In this document: positions 20,957-28,771 of the stretch, one piece after another
Numbering within the stretch: position 1 is the first letter of the stretch
Layout: each line of letters begins with the position of its first letter
DNA from: Clostridia bacterium
GTDB lineage: Bacteria; Bacillota; Clostridia; Oscillospirales; UBA644
Direction: 5' to 3'
NCBI GenBank assembly: GCA_017623895.1
Contig: JAGAOB010000013.1
Coordinates: 1-48,366 of the forward strand
Length of the DNA stretch: 48,366 bases
Translations under genes and position numbers: made by a program
Notes under the pieces: generated by a model
Databases searched by the model: none
What the model saw: the letters and a program-made list of their open reading frames with translations, nothing else
Told to the model about the DNA's origin: nothing

Positions 20957-21760
20957 ATGAACCACCTGAAAAAGAACACCTACTTTCTGCATTTCGGACT
21001 GAAAAAGCCCGTTCGAATCCTACGGTTGACCGACATTCACATTTCCCTTGCCGACGACGTGGACGGAGACGCGATGAAGGAACACGCCGCCCATCGCAGA
21101 GACGTCTTTTTCAAAGAGGGAGGATGCCCCGAACGGGACCCTGTGGGATATTTGGAAGAGGCGATGGAGTACTCCGAGGAATTTGATTGTACCGTTATTA
21201 CGGGAGATCTTCTGGACTTTGAATCCCACGCAAACCGAGAGACGGCGAAGGAAATTTTGGCAGGAAGGGATTACCTGTTCACTCCCGGAAGCCACGAATT
21301 CTGTCCGAAGATCGGCATTCCTGACACCTTTGCGTACAAAAAAAAGGTCTGGGACGAGGTTCAGGACGTATTCCGAGGCAATATGCTCTTTGAAAGCCGC
21401 ATCGTAGGCGGGGTTAACGTCATCACGATGGATAACAGCTTTTACATCTGGACAAAAGAGCAGTTTGAAATGTTGAAAACCGAAGTTGCACGAGGATATC
21501 CCATCATTCTGTTCTGCCACTGTCCCTTGCACGATTCCGCACTTTCCCACAAAAACCCGGCTAAGAAGCTGATCCCCACGGAGGAAGAAGTCGAGAGCAC
21601 CATTACGGTCAATCGTTATCTTGCAGAGAATCCCCTGATCAAAACCGCTTTTTCGGGACACTATCACGGCAACGGCGGCGAATACCTGTTCGGAGAAAAA
21701 ACGGGGTACTTCTGCGCTCCTCTATTCAAAGGGATCGTCAACGAAATCGTAATCGATTGA
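20957..21760 (+). CDS. Calcineurin-like metallophosphoesterase, copy 1
   Basis: TDIH, TGDLLD, PGSHE, FCHCP, SGHYH; RBS AAAGGAG. Confidence 0.85.
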   Translation: MNHLKKNTYFLHFGLKKPVRILRLTDIHISLADDVDGDAMKEHAAHRRDVFFKEGGCPERDPVGYLEEAMEYSEEFDCTVITGDLLDFESHANRETAKEILAGRDYLFTPGSHEFCPKIGIPDTFAYKKKVWDEVQDVFRGNMLFESRIVGGVNVITMDNSFYIWTKEQFEMLKTEVARGYPIILFCHCPLHDSALSHKNPAKKLIPTEEEVESTITVNRYLAENPLIKTAFSGHYHGNGGEYLFGEKTGYFCAPLFKGIVNEIVID

Positions 21761-21798
21761 TTCTAAATATCCGATAAAATTTCAAAGGAGATCTCTTT

Positions 21799-22596
21799 AT
21801 GAATCATTTGAAAACCGATACCGTAAACCTTCATCTTGGGTTGGAAAAGCCCGTGCGGATCTTGCAGCTGACCGACGTTCATATCTCTCTTGCCGACGAA
21901 CGGGACGTGAAAAAACCGTTGCTGACTACCGTCAAGGAGCCGCTGGAATTCGCCGCAAAGCGCCGAAGCGTCTTTTTCGGTCAAGGGCGGGAGCGGGATC
22001 CGATCGGATATTTTCAAGAGGCAATGGAATATTCCAAGGAATTTGATTGCACCGTCATTACGGGAGACCTGATCGACTTCAACTCTTGGGCAAATTACGA
22101 TTGCGTCAAAGAAATTCTGGCAGGCAAGGATTACCTGTTTACCCCCGGAAGCCACGAATTTTGCCCCAACTACTTCGAGGCAAAGGCAAGACATATGGAC
22201 GCAGTCCAATCCATCTTCCGCGGAAATATCCTCTTTGAAAGCCGCGTAGTGGGCGGAGTCAACGTTGTTGCGATGGACAACAGCTACTATATGTGGACGG
22301 AAGAGCAAATGGAGCTGATGAAGACCGAAATTGCACGGGGACTTCCCATTCTTCTGTTCTGCCACGTTCCCATTCGCGGAGAATATCATCCCCAAGGAGG
22401 CGGGCTGCAATTATCCGAGGATCTTCTGAAGCTGAATATTGAATTCAATCAGCTGCTTCAGGACGAGTCCCTGATCAAGGCCGTGTTCTGCGGGCATATG
22501 CACACCGCTCAGCATTATCTCGGCTCCAGCCCGAAACCCTGCTACATTATGCCCAGCCTGTTTACGGGTGTGGTAGGAGAAATCGTAATCGACTGA
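21799..22596 (+). CDS. Calcineurin-like metallophosphoesterase, copy 2
   Basis: TDVH, TGDLID, PGSHE, FCHVP, CGHMH. Confidence 0.85.
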   Translation: MNHLKTDTVNLHLGLEKPVRILQLTDVHISLADERDVKKPLLTTVKEPLEFAAKRRSVFFGQGRERDPIGYFQEAMEYSKEFDCTVITGDLIDFNSWANYDCVKEILAGKDYLFTPGSHEFCPNYFEAKARHMDAVQSIFRGNILFESRVVGGVNVVAMDNSYYMWTEEQMELMKTEIARGLPILLFCHVPIRGEYHPQGGGLQLSEDLLKLNIEFNQLLQDESLIKAVFCGHMHTAQHYLGSSPKPCYIMPSLFTGVVGEIVID

Positions 22597-22635
22597 TTTT
22601 CAATCAATGTAAAACTTTTCAAAGGAGACATCACT

Positions 22636-23472
22636 ATGAATCATTTGAGAACGGATACCGTAAACCTTCATCTTGGGTTGAAAAAGCCCGTACGAATCCT
22701 GCAGCTGACCGACGTTCACATCTCCCTTGCGGACGAGCGGGACGTGGAAAAGCCGTTGCTGCCCACCGTCAAAGACCCGCTGGAATTTGCCGCAAAGCGC
22801 AGAGAGATCTTCTTTAAGGAAGCCGCCCAGCGCAGACAGGATGCGTACCAAGAAACCACGGGAAATCAACTGGATCCCATCGGATATCTTCAGGAGGCAA
22901 TGGAATATTCTAAAGAATTCGACTGCACCGTCATTACGGGAGACCTGATCGACTTCAACTCTTGGGCAAACTACGACGTCGCCAGAGAGATCCTGGCAGG
23001 CAAGGATTACCTGTTTACCCCCGGAAGCCACGAGTTTTGTCCCAACTCCTTCGAGACAAAGGCAAAACATATGGACGCCGTCCAATCCGTCTTCCGCGGA
23101 AATATCCTCTTTGAAAGCCGCATCGTAGGAGGAGTCAACGTCGTTGCGATGGACAACGGCTACCATATGTGGACGGAAGAGCAAATGAAGCTGATGAAAA
23201 CCGAAATTGCACGGGGCCTTCCCATTCTTCTGTTCTGCCACGCCCCCATTCGCGGAGAATACCATCCCCAAGGAGGCGGGCTGCAATTATCCGAGGATCT
23301 TCTGAAGCTGAATATTGAATTCAATCAGCTGCTTCAGGATGAGCCCCTGATCAAGGCCGTGTTCTGCGGACATATGCATACGGCAAAACACTATCTCGGA
23401 TCCAGCCCGAAGCCCTGCTACATTATGCCCAGCCTATTTACGGGCGTAGTGGGAGAGATCGTAATCGACTGA
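22636..23472 (+). CDS. Calcineurin-like metallophosphoesterase, copy 3
   Basis: Same motifs; near-identical to copy 2 at DNA level with a 13-codon net insertion. Confidence 0.85.
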   Translation: MNHLRTDTVNLHLGLKKPVRILQLTDVHISLADERDVEKPLLPTVKDPLEFAAKRREIFFKEAAQRRQDAYQETTGNQLDPIGYLQEAMEYSKEFDCTVITGDLIDFNSWANYDVAREILAGKDYLFTPGSHEFCPNSFETKAKHMDAVQSVFRGNILFESRIVGGVNVVAMDNGYHMWTEEQMKLMKTEIARGLPILLFCHAPIRGEYHPQGGGLQLSEDLLKLNIEFNQLLQDEPLIKAVFCGHMHTAKHYLGSSPKPCYIMPSLFTGVVGEIVID

Positions 23473-23507
23473 TTTTACGATTCAACAAAAAAGCAAGAGG
23501 TACTTTT

Positions 23508-24674
23508 ATGAGCAAACGCATTTTAGCACTTTTCTTCTGTTTTGTTATGGCTTTTTCCTTTGTCGCTTGCGATGGAGGAACGCCGTCCACGGATTCCGAT
23601 CCGTCCACCGCGATCGGAAGCACAAGTTCTGAAACCGATTCCATCAATTCCACCGATTCGTCGACCTCGGATACCAACGACACGACCGATTCCGAGACCG
23701 GCGACACCACCTCGGAGCAGGTCGCAGTACAAGTCTACGACCCGAACATCGAGCATAAATTCATCGCCTGCGACATCACCAACCACAGCATCGTGGTGTT
23801 TGACCTGAACGCCTGCGACGGGGATTTTGAAAAGCTCAAGGACGATGCCGTTTCCGTTGTTTGGGAATGGGATGCAGAGGAAGATCTGTACCATATGGTC
23901 GGCGGTGTCAACTATGGCATCTCGTCTGCGAAATACCGCTATTCCCCCTATTACGGAGAAGACGTGATCGTCGCCTGCTCCTCCCACGGATGGTGTGGTG
24001 TAATCAGTTATGCAAACAAGAGGGTTCTCTGGGAAACACGGTTACAGGACGGCCCTCACTCCATTGAAATGCTTCCCAACGGTGACGTCGTCGTTGCGGT
24101 TTCTTCCAGCCCGAAGGGGCTCTTCTATATCCCCCTGTCCGCAGGAGCGAAAGAGCCCGTTCACGACATTGACAGCCCGTCCTGCCACGGAGTTTCTTGG
24201 GATCCGATAAACGAATGCCTCTGGGTTCTTGAACGCACCGGCGTTTATTCCGTCACCATTGAAAATATGGGTACGAAAAACGGGAAACTGGTTCGGGGCG
24301 AATCTACGTTTTTCAGAGACGACGGAGACGGACACGCATTCTCTCCCGTTTACGGTGAGCCCGGGAAGTATTGGGCCTCTGCCCACAACGATCTTTGGGT
24401 GTTTGATTCGGAAGCAAAAACGATGACGAAGGCTGACCGCGGAGGCACCGCGAACATCAAGGGCGTCTGTTCCTTCCCCGATGGAACCCTTGTAAGCGTT
24501 GCCTACAAGCAGGGCTATCCTCACGGTTGGGCGTCCAAAGACATTACCATTATTCGCAAAGAGATGTCTACGGGAAAGGTAAAGCGAGTTATGAACAAAA
24601 CCTATACGGTCACGTTTGACGAAACACAGCGCTGCTTCTATAAGGTTCAGCCCTTTACCAAGGATTATCAATAA
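23508..24674 (+). CDS. Lipoprotein with S/T/D linker and beta-propeller (DUF6528-like)
   Basis: Lipobox FVAC; WEW, GPHSIEMLPNGDVVVAVS, CHGVSWDP...LWVL propeller-like motifs. Confidence 0.65.
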   Translation: MSKRILALFFCFVMAFSFVACDGGTPSTDSDPSTAIGSTSSETDSINSTDSSTSDTNDTTDSETGDTTSEQVAVQVYDPNIEHKFIACDITNHSIVVFDLNACDGDFEKLKDDAVSVVWEWDAEEDLYHMVGGVNYGISSAKYRYSPYYGEDVIVACSSHGWCGVISYANKRVLWETRLQDGPHSIEMLPNGDVVVAVSSSPKGLFYIPLSAGAKEPVHDIDSPSCHGVSWDPINECLWVLERTGVYSVTIENMGTKNGKLVRGESTFFRDDGDGHAFSPVYGEPGKYWASAHNDLWVFDSEAKTMTKADRGGTANIKGVCSFPDGTLVSVAYKQGYPHGWASKDITIIRKEMSTGKVKRVMNKTYTVTFDETQRCFYKVQPFTKDYQ

Positions 24675-24680
24675 AACACA

Positions 24681-24747
24681 AGAGGACCCCGTTTCACACG
24701 GGGTCCTCTCTTTTTGGAAAGGCTCCCGACGATCGTCGGGAGCCTTT
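24681..24747. terminator. Two adjacent terminator hairpins between convergent genes
   Basis: AGAGGACCCCGT/ACGGGGTCCTCT plus T-tract, then a perfect 30-bp palindrome at 24718-24747. Confidence 0.8.
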
Positions 24748-24749
24748 GA

Positions 24750-25547
24750 TTATTTCGCGCAGTTTTTACTTTCAAAGTATTCCTTTATTTTTGCATCGCG
24801 ATCTGCTTTGCGACGGAAAATTAAAAGCTTTCCCGTTTTTAAGGAGGGCCAGCAGTCGGAATATTCACATTCCAGAACGTCACACCGCTGTCCCTTCGCC
24901 CCCTCACCGACGTCGTCCAGAACCATACGGATCTTATGTACGCCATAGCGGGAGGGATCGGCCTCGGTGATATCCAAGGTCCGCCCAAATTCCTGCTTAC
25001 AGCAAGGGCAGATATTGGTATGTACCACTTGCCTCGAATCGGTCTGGGCCTTGTAGATTTGGATAACGTCGTGAACCGTTTCCCGACTGGTGGAAAGCTC
25101 CGAGATCACCGTGTTCCAGCGGGTGGGATTGTGTCCGTCACAAACCACGTTTCCTTGGTCATCCACCGAAAATCCAAAGTTCGTTCCCTCAAAGCTGAAG
25201 TCGTACAGATCCCGATGGATTACCGTCTTCCCTGCCCGCAGAATATCGCGGGTGTGATCCACCTCACCCAACGTATAGGGGATGTGGACGTGATACCAAG
25301 TCCCGTTGAAATTGCGGAAGCGGTCATCCCGCTCAATAAGCTTATTGTAAACGAGCTTGACCAAAAAGTAAAGAGATCCGTATAATCCGATGTCCACCAA
25401 CGCCACGACCAAAATCTTTACCCAAGAAATATCGGGCAGCAGCGGGAAGATCCAATAATCCAACAGTGCCTTGATCAGCACGAAAAATGCAAATGCGATG
25501 CCGTGAATCTTCTCGACAAAATCCGCATTGTGATTCGATTTACCCAT
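24750..25547 (-). CDS. Two-TM plus beta-strand-rich membrane protein (Cap15/S-2TMbeta-like architecture)
   Basis: Two N-terminal hydrophobic helices, then NFNGTWY and alternating beta-strands ending LECEY...TGKLLIFRR; CPCC insert. The family is inferred from the pattern only. Confidence 0.55.
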   Translation of the reverse strand: MGKSNHNADFVEKIHGIAFAFFVLIKALLDYWIFPLLPDISWVKILVVALVDIGLYGSLYFLVKLVYNKLIERDDRFRNFNGTWYHVHIPYTLGEVDHTRDILRAGKTVIHRDLYDFSFEGTNFGFSVDDQGNVVCDGHNPTRWNTVISELSTSRETVHDVIQIYKAQTDSRQVVHTNICPCCKQEFGRTLDITEADPSRYGVHKIRMVLDDVGEGAKGQRCDVLECEYSDCWPSLKTGKLLIFRRKADRDAKIKEYFESKNCAK

Positions 25548-25589
25548 TTCGCTTCTTCCTTTTTTGTTGTCTTTTCTCTTTTTTATCCT

Positions 25590-26402
25590 TTATTGCGCAA
25601 CCAGGGCGAGCAGCTCCTCGTAAATAACTTTATTGGAGAAAACGACCTTTCCCTCCCGATCCAGCGGCAACGGATTTCCGTCCCAGTCGGAGAATCGGCC
25701 GCCCGCCTCCTGCAGGATCAGCATTGCGGCGGCGTAATCCCAAGGCTTGAGGATCTTTTCAAAATAGCCGTCCAACCGTGCGGCGGCAATATAGCAAATG
25801 GCAAGAGCAGAGGAGCAGGTGCGCCGTAGGTCAAGGCACCGTTCAAAGACCCGAGCCCCGCGGGCAAAGGTCTCCGCCGCCATATCCTTACGGGACGAGC
25901 TGGCACCGAACTCCACGATTGCCTGCTTCAGCGGTCGGGTGCTGCAAGTCAATCGATGCTTTTCGTAATGCTCCACACCGATCCGCAACAGTTCCCCGAT
26001 TCCCTTTCCCGTGGAGTACCAATACGACCCTTTCCCTTGAATAGAAAAGAATAGTTCTTTGGTAAAGGGATTGAACACCACGCCGAATTTCACTGCACCT
26101 CCCTCGGCGTAGGCAAGGGAGATGGAACTCATCTTGTAATCGTAGATAAGATTGGTGGTCCCGTCGATGGGGTCGAGAATGAAAATTTTATCGGTGATCA
26201 CGTGGGAGGGCTCTTCCTCGGTCATAAAGCCCACGTCGGGAAACCTCTTTGCCAATTCCTCTTTCATAAATTGGCTGATGCTCAAATCCACCGCCGTCAC
26301 GAAATCGTAGGGATTCTTATTCTCTACCTGCGACAGCCTGGACTTGGAAAATACAAACTTTTTCGCTTCATACACCAAGGAAACGATTGCATTGTAATCC
26401 AT
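25590..26402 (-). CDS. Inositol monophosphatase (SuhB/HisN/CysQ superfamily)
   Basis: DFVT.VD, TEE, LDPIDGTTN, KPWDYAA...EAGG motifs. Confidence 0.9.
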   Translation of the reverse strand: MDYNAIVSLVYEAKKFVFSKSRLSQVENKNPYDFVTAVDLSISQFMKEELAKRFPDVGFMTEEEPSHVITDKIFILDPIDGTTNLIYDYKMSSISLAYAEGGAVKFGVVFNPFTKELFFSIQGKGSYWYSTGKGIGELLRIGVEHYEKHRLTCSTRPLKQAIVEFGASSSRKDMAAETFARGARVFERCLDLRRTCSSALAICYIAAARLDGYFEKILKPWDYAAAMLILQEAGGRFSDWDGNPLPLDREGKVVFSNKVIYEELLALVAQ

Positions 26403-26432
26403 ACTTTCTCCTCTTCTTCCGTTGTTGTTTCT

Positions 26433-26461
26433 ATTATAACACGCGAAAAACCACTTGTCAA
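26433..26461 (-). promoter_or_regulatory. Perfect-consensus sigmaA promoter for the IMPase/2TM pair
   Basis: TTGACA-N17-TATAAT with extended -10 TG. Confidence 0.8.
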
Positions 26462-26524
26462 GAACCTTTTGCCCTTCCGCCGCATATACTGAATCGATCT
26501 CAGATACGGACAGGAGGTGTTTTT

Positions 26525-27019
26525 ATGGAACCATCGGTGAGATTATTTAATCTTCCCGCACTACTACAGCGGCCACCCGACGGAATCGCTCTGCTTCGGG
26601 GCAGACAAACCCGACCCTCGATTCTGGGGAGGGTTCGCTTTTGGCAGACGGAGTACGGCGTTTTGGTGATGGCGGAGGTGACGGGTCTGCAGGATGAGAG
26701 AAAACCGTGCAACGCTCCCGTGTTCGGGTTTCACATCCATTCGGGAAGCTCCTGCACGGGATCGGAAAAGGATCCGTTTTCCGACGCGTTGACCCATTAC
26801 GATCCCCACGGATGCCCCCACCCGTACCATTCGGGAGATCTTCCGCCCCTCTTTGCGGCCCACGGACGGGCGGTTTCGGCGGTTTTGACCGACCGATTTA
26901 CGGTGGACGAGGTCATAGGAAAAACGATGATCGTTCACGAGCACCCCGACGATTTTACCACACAGCCGTCGGGAAACGCAGGAGAAAAGATTGCCTGCGG
27001 AGTCATCCGAAAAGCGTAA
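26525..27019 (+). CDS. sodC: Cu/Zn superoxide dismutase family protein
   Basis: GFHIH, HYDP...HPYHSGDLP, VHEHPDD, GNAG.KIACG; RBS AGGAGGT. Confidence 0.85.
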   Translation: MEPSVRLFNLPALLQRPPDGIALLRGRQTRPSILGRVRFWQTEYGVLVMAEVTGLQDERKPCNAPVFGFHIHSGSSCTGSEKDPFSDALTHYDPHGCPHPYHSGDLPPLFAAHGRAVSAVLTDRFTVDEVIGKTMIVHEHPDDFTTQPSGNAGEKIACGVIRKA

Positions 27020-27048
27020 AGGAGAGGTTTTTCAACCTCTCCCCTTTT
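27019..27048. terminator. Bidirectional terminator
   Basis: GGAGAGGTT/AACCTCTCC stem between convergent genes. Confidence 0.65.
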
Positions 27049-27703
27049 ATTTTGCATTCAACTGACGCACCGTTCCAAGGTACGCAAAAACCAAAGCACC
27101 GCTGATAAGAATTGCGGCAAGAACGTCGGTATACCAATGAACTCCCGCAAAAATCCGTCCCACCGCCGTAAGAATAAAAATCACACAGCAGATCCATTGC
27201 AGAACCAGGCGCAACGGCTTGTTTTTGATCCGCGCTCCCAGCTGCAACGCCGTAGTGAGCATAATACAACAAACCAAAACGGTATGGGACGATGGATAGG
27301 ATGCTTCCAGCACTCCCTCTACCAAGACGGGGCGATAATTGATGACGATCACCTCAAACAACGCGTATACCACGGCAACTGCTACGTAAAAACCTGCAAG
27401 AACGAACAGCGATTTATCCACCTTTTTCAAGCTTTTTCGGGAGATCCACTGCCATATGCCAAATCCTGCAAAGCCTGCGACACACAACAACGCAACGATT
27501 CCAAGCCCCTCAGAGACGGTATACCATATCGGATTAGAACCACACAGTTCAAACACCGCACCGTTCAGCGAGGCAAGCCCCACGAAGGAATCCTGGGGTC
27601 CGATGGGCTGTACGTCCACCTTGGTCACCAATAACGTCAGAAGCAAAAAGAGAAAGAAAAATACTCCTGCCAAAAGATACCACTTGCGTGCCGTTTTTTT
27701 CAT
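27047..27703 (-). CDS. PAP2 family membrane phosphatase
   Basis: RP, SYPSSH, GRIFAGVHWYTDV motifs; promoter TTGACA-N17-TATAAT at 27740-27768. Confidence 0.85.
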   Translation of the reverse strand: MKKTARKWYLLAGVFFFLFLLLTLLVTKVDVQPIGPQDSFVGLASLNGAVFELCGSNPIWYTVSEGLGIVALLCVAGFAGFGIWQWISRKSLKKVDKSLFVLAGFYVAVAVVYALFEVIVINYRPVLVEGVLEASYPSSHTVLVCCIMLTTALQLGARIKNKPLRLVLQWICCVIFILTAVGRIFAGVHWYTDVLAAILISGALVFAYLGTVRQLNAK

Positions 27704-27777
27704 AACGTACTCCTCTCAACTCAAGGGATCATTTCCTCAATTATAACATAAAATCGGAGTTTTGTCAACCCATCCCC

Positions 27778-27806
27778 TTGACTTTCCCAAAGGAAAGTGA
27801 TATAAT
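27778..27806 (+). promoter_or_regulatory. sigmaA promoter with an internal palindromic operator ACTTTCC-N4-GGAAAGT
   Basis: TTGACT-N17-TATAAT; palindrome at 27781-27798. Confidence 0.7.
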
Positions 27807-27843
27807 ATTTTTACTATCTTATGCACGAAAAGGAGATTCCATT

Positions 27844-28308
27844 ATGAAAATTGCTGTCACCTATCAGAACGGACAAATTTTTCAACATTTTGGACACACG
27901 GAACAATTCAAAATATATGAAATCAACGACGGACGCGTAACCGCATCTTCCATCGTTGATGCTACGGGTAGCGGCCACGGCGCCTTGGCGGGATTCCTGA
28001 AAGCACTTGGCGTGGATGTGCTGATCTGCGGAGGCATCGGCGGCGGTGCACAGGCGGCACTGCGCGATGCGGGGATCCGCTTGTTCGGCGGCGCTTCGGG
28101 GGATACGGATGCGGCGGTAAACGCCCTTCTTCAGGGCAATCTTAACTTTAACCCCAACGTAACCTGCAACCATCACGGCGAGCACCACCATCACGAGGGT
28201 CATTCCTGCGGGAGCCACGGCGATGCAGGTCATTCCTGCGGGAGCCACGGCGGCGCAGACCACTCTTGCGGAAGTCACGGTTGTGGAAACCATTCCTGCG
28301 AAAAGTAA
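27844..28308 (+). CDS. NifB/NifX-type (FeMo-cofactor-binding domain) protein with a His/Cys-rich tail
   Basis: IFQHFGH, VDVLICGGIGGGA; tail HHGEHHHHEG followed by HSCGSHG repeats. Confidence 0.85.
   Translation: MKIAVTYQNGQIFQHFGHTEQFKIYEINDGRVTASSIVDATGSGHGALAGFLKALGVDVLICGGIGGGAQAALRDAGIRLFGGASGDTDAAVNALLQGNLNFNPNVTCNHHGEHHHHEGHSCGSHGDAGHSCGSHGGADHSCGSHGCGNHSCEK
28198..28299 (+). repeat. 30-bp coding tandem repeat (xHSCGSHGxx, 3 full copies plus 1 partial)
   Basis: GGTCATTCCTGCGGGAGCCACGGC repeated at 28198 and 28228; diverged copies at 28258 and 28288. Confidence 0.9.
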
Positions 28309-28325
28309 GCATCCGAATCTCTTGC

Positions 28326-28360
28326 ATCTCCCGCAAAGGATTTCTTTGCGGGAGATTTTT
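28326..28360 (+). terminator. Rho-independent terminator
   Basis: ATCTCCCGCAAAG/CTTTGCGGGAGAT plus T-tract. Confidence 0.75.
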
Positions 28361-28411
28361 GTGAAAAAGGCGAGAATACCCAAAAATTTTCAAATATGTA
28401 ACAAATACCCC

Positions 28412-28440
28412 TTGACTTTAGCGTGCTAAAGTGGTATAAT
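28412..28440 (+). promoter_or_regulatory. his operon sigmaA promoter with a HisR-type operator
   Basis: TTGACT-N17-TATAAT overlapped by palindrome ACTTTAGC-GT-GCTAAAGT (28415-28432), matching the ACTTTA-N6-TAAAGT motif described for HisR/YerC. Confidence 0.8.
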
Positions 28441-28476
28441 AGGAAAGTATTTTAAGGAAAGGAATGATTCGGCAGG

Positions 28477-28767
28477 ATGAACCATCTTCACACCGAGGCT
28501 ACGGACGCCTTGTTCCGTACCATTCTTGAACTAAAAACCATTGACGAGTGTTACGCCTTTTTTGAGGACGTCTGTACCATTAAAGAAATACAAGATATGA
28601 CCCAACGGCTGGAGGTAGCGGCACTGTTGCACGAGGGTCAGAGCTACGTTCAGATCTCGGCAAAGACGGGAGCATCCACCGCAACCATCGGACGGGTCAA
28701 CAAATGTCTGAATTACGGTGCGGGAGGATACCGCAGGGCGCTGGAAAAAAAGGATAAGGAAGGATAA
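28477..28767 (+). CDS. hisR: TrpR-like YerC/YecD regulator (HisR)
   Basis: FFEDVCTIKE...QRLEVA...TGASTATIGRV.KCL.YG..GY; first gene of the his operon. Confidence 0.85.
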   Translation: MNHLHTEATDALFRTILELKTIDECYAFFEDVCTIKEIQDMTQRLEVAALLHEGQSYVQISAKTGASTATIGRVNKCLNYGAGGYRRALEKKDKEG

Positions 28768-28771
28768 GCTT

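Noticed and set aside
24718-24747. Perfect 30-bp palindrome as a mobile-element end or recombination site
   Set aside because: It is a single copy immediately after a stop codon between convergent genes; a terminator explains it.
28198-28299. CRISPR-like 30-bp repeats
   Set aside because: In-frame coding repeats without spacers.
27844-28308. Evidence of nitrogen fixation
   Set aside because: The NifB/NifX-type domain is widespread in non-diazotrophs and no nif genes are in the window.
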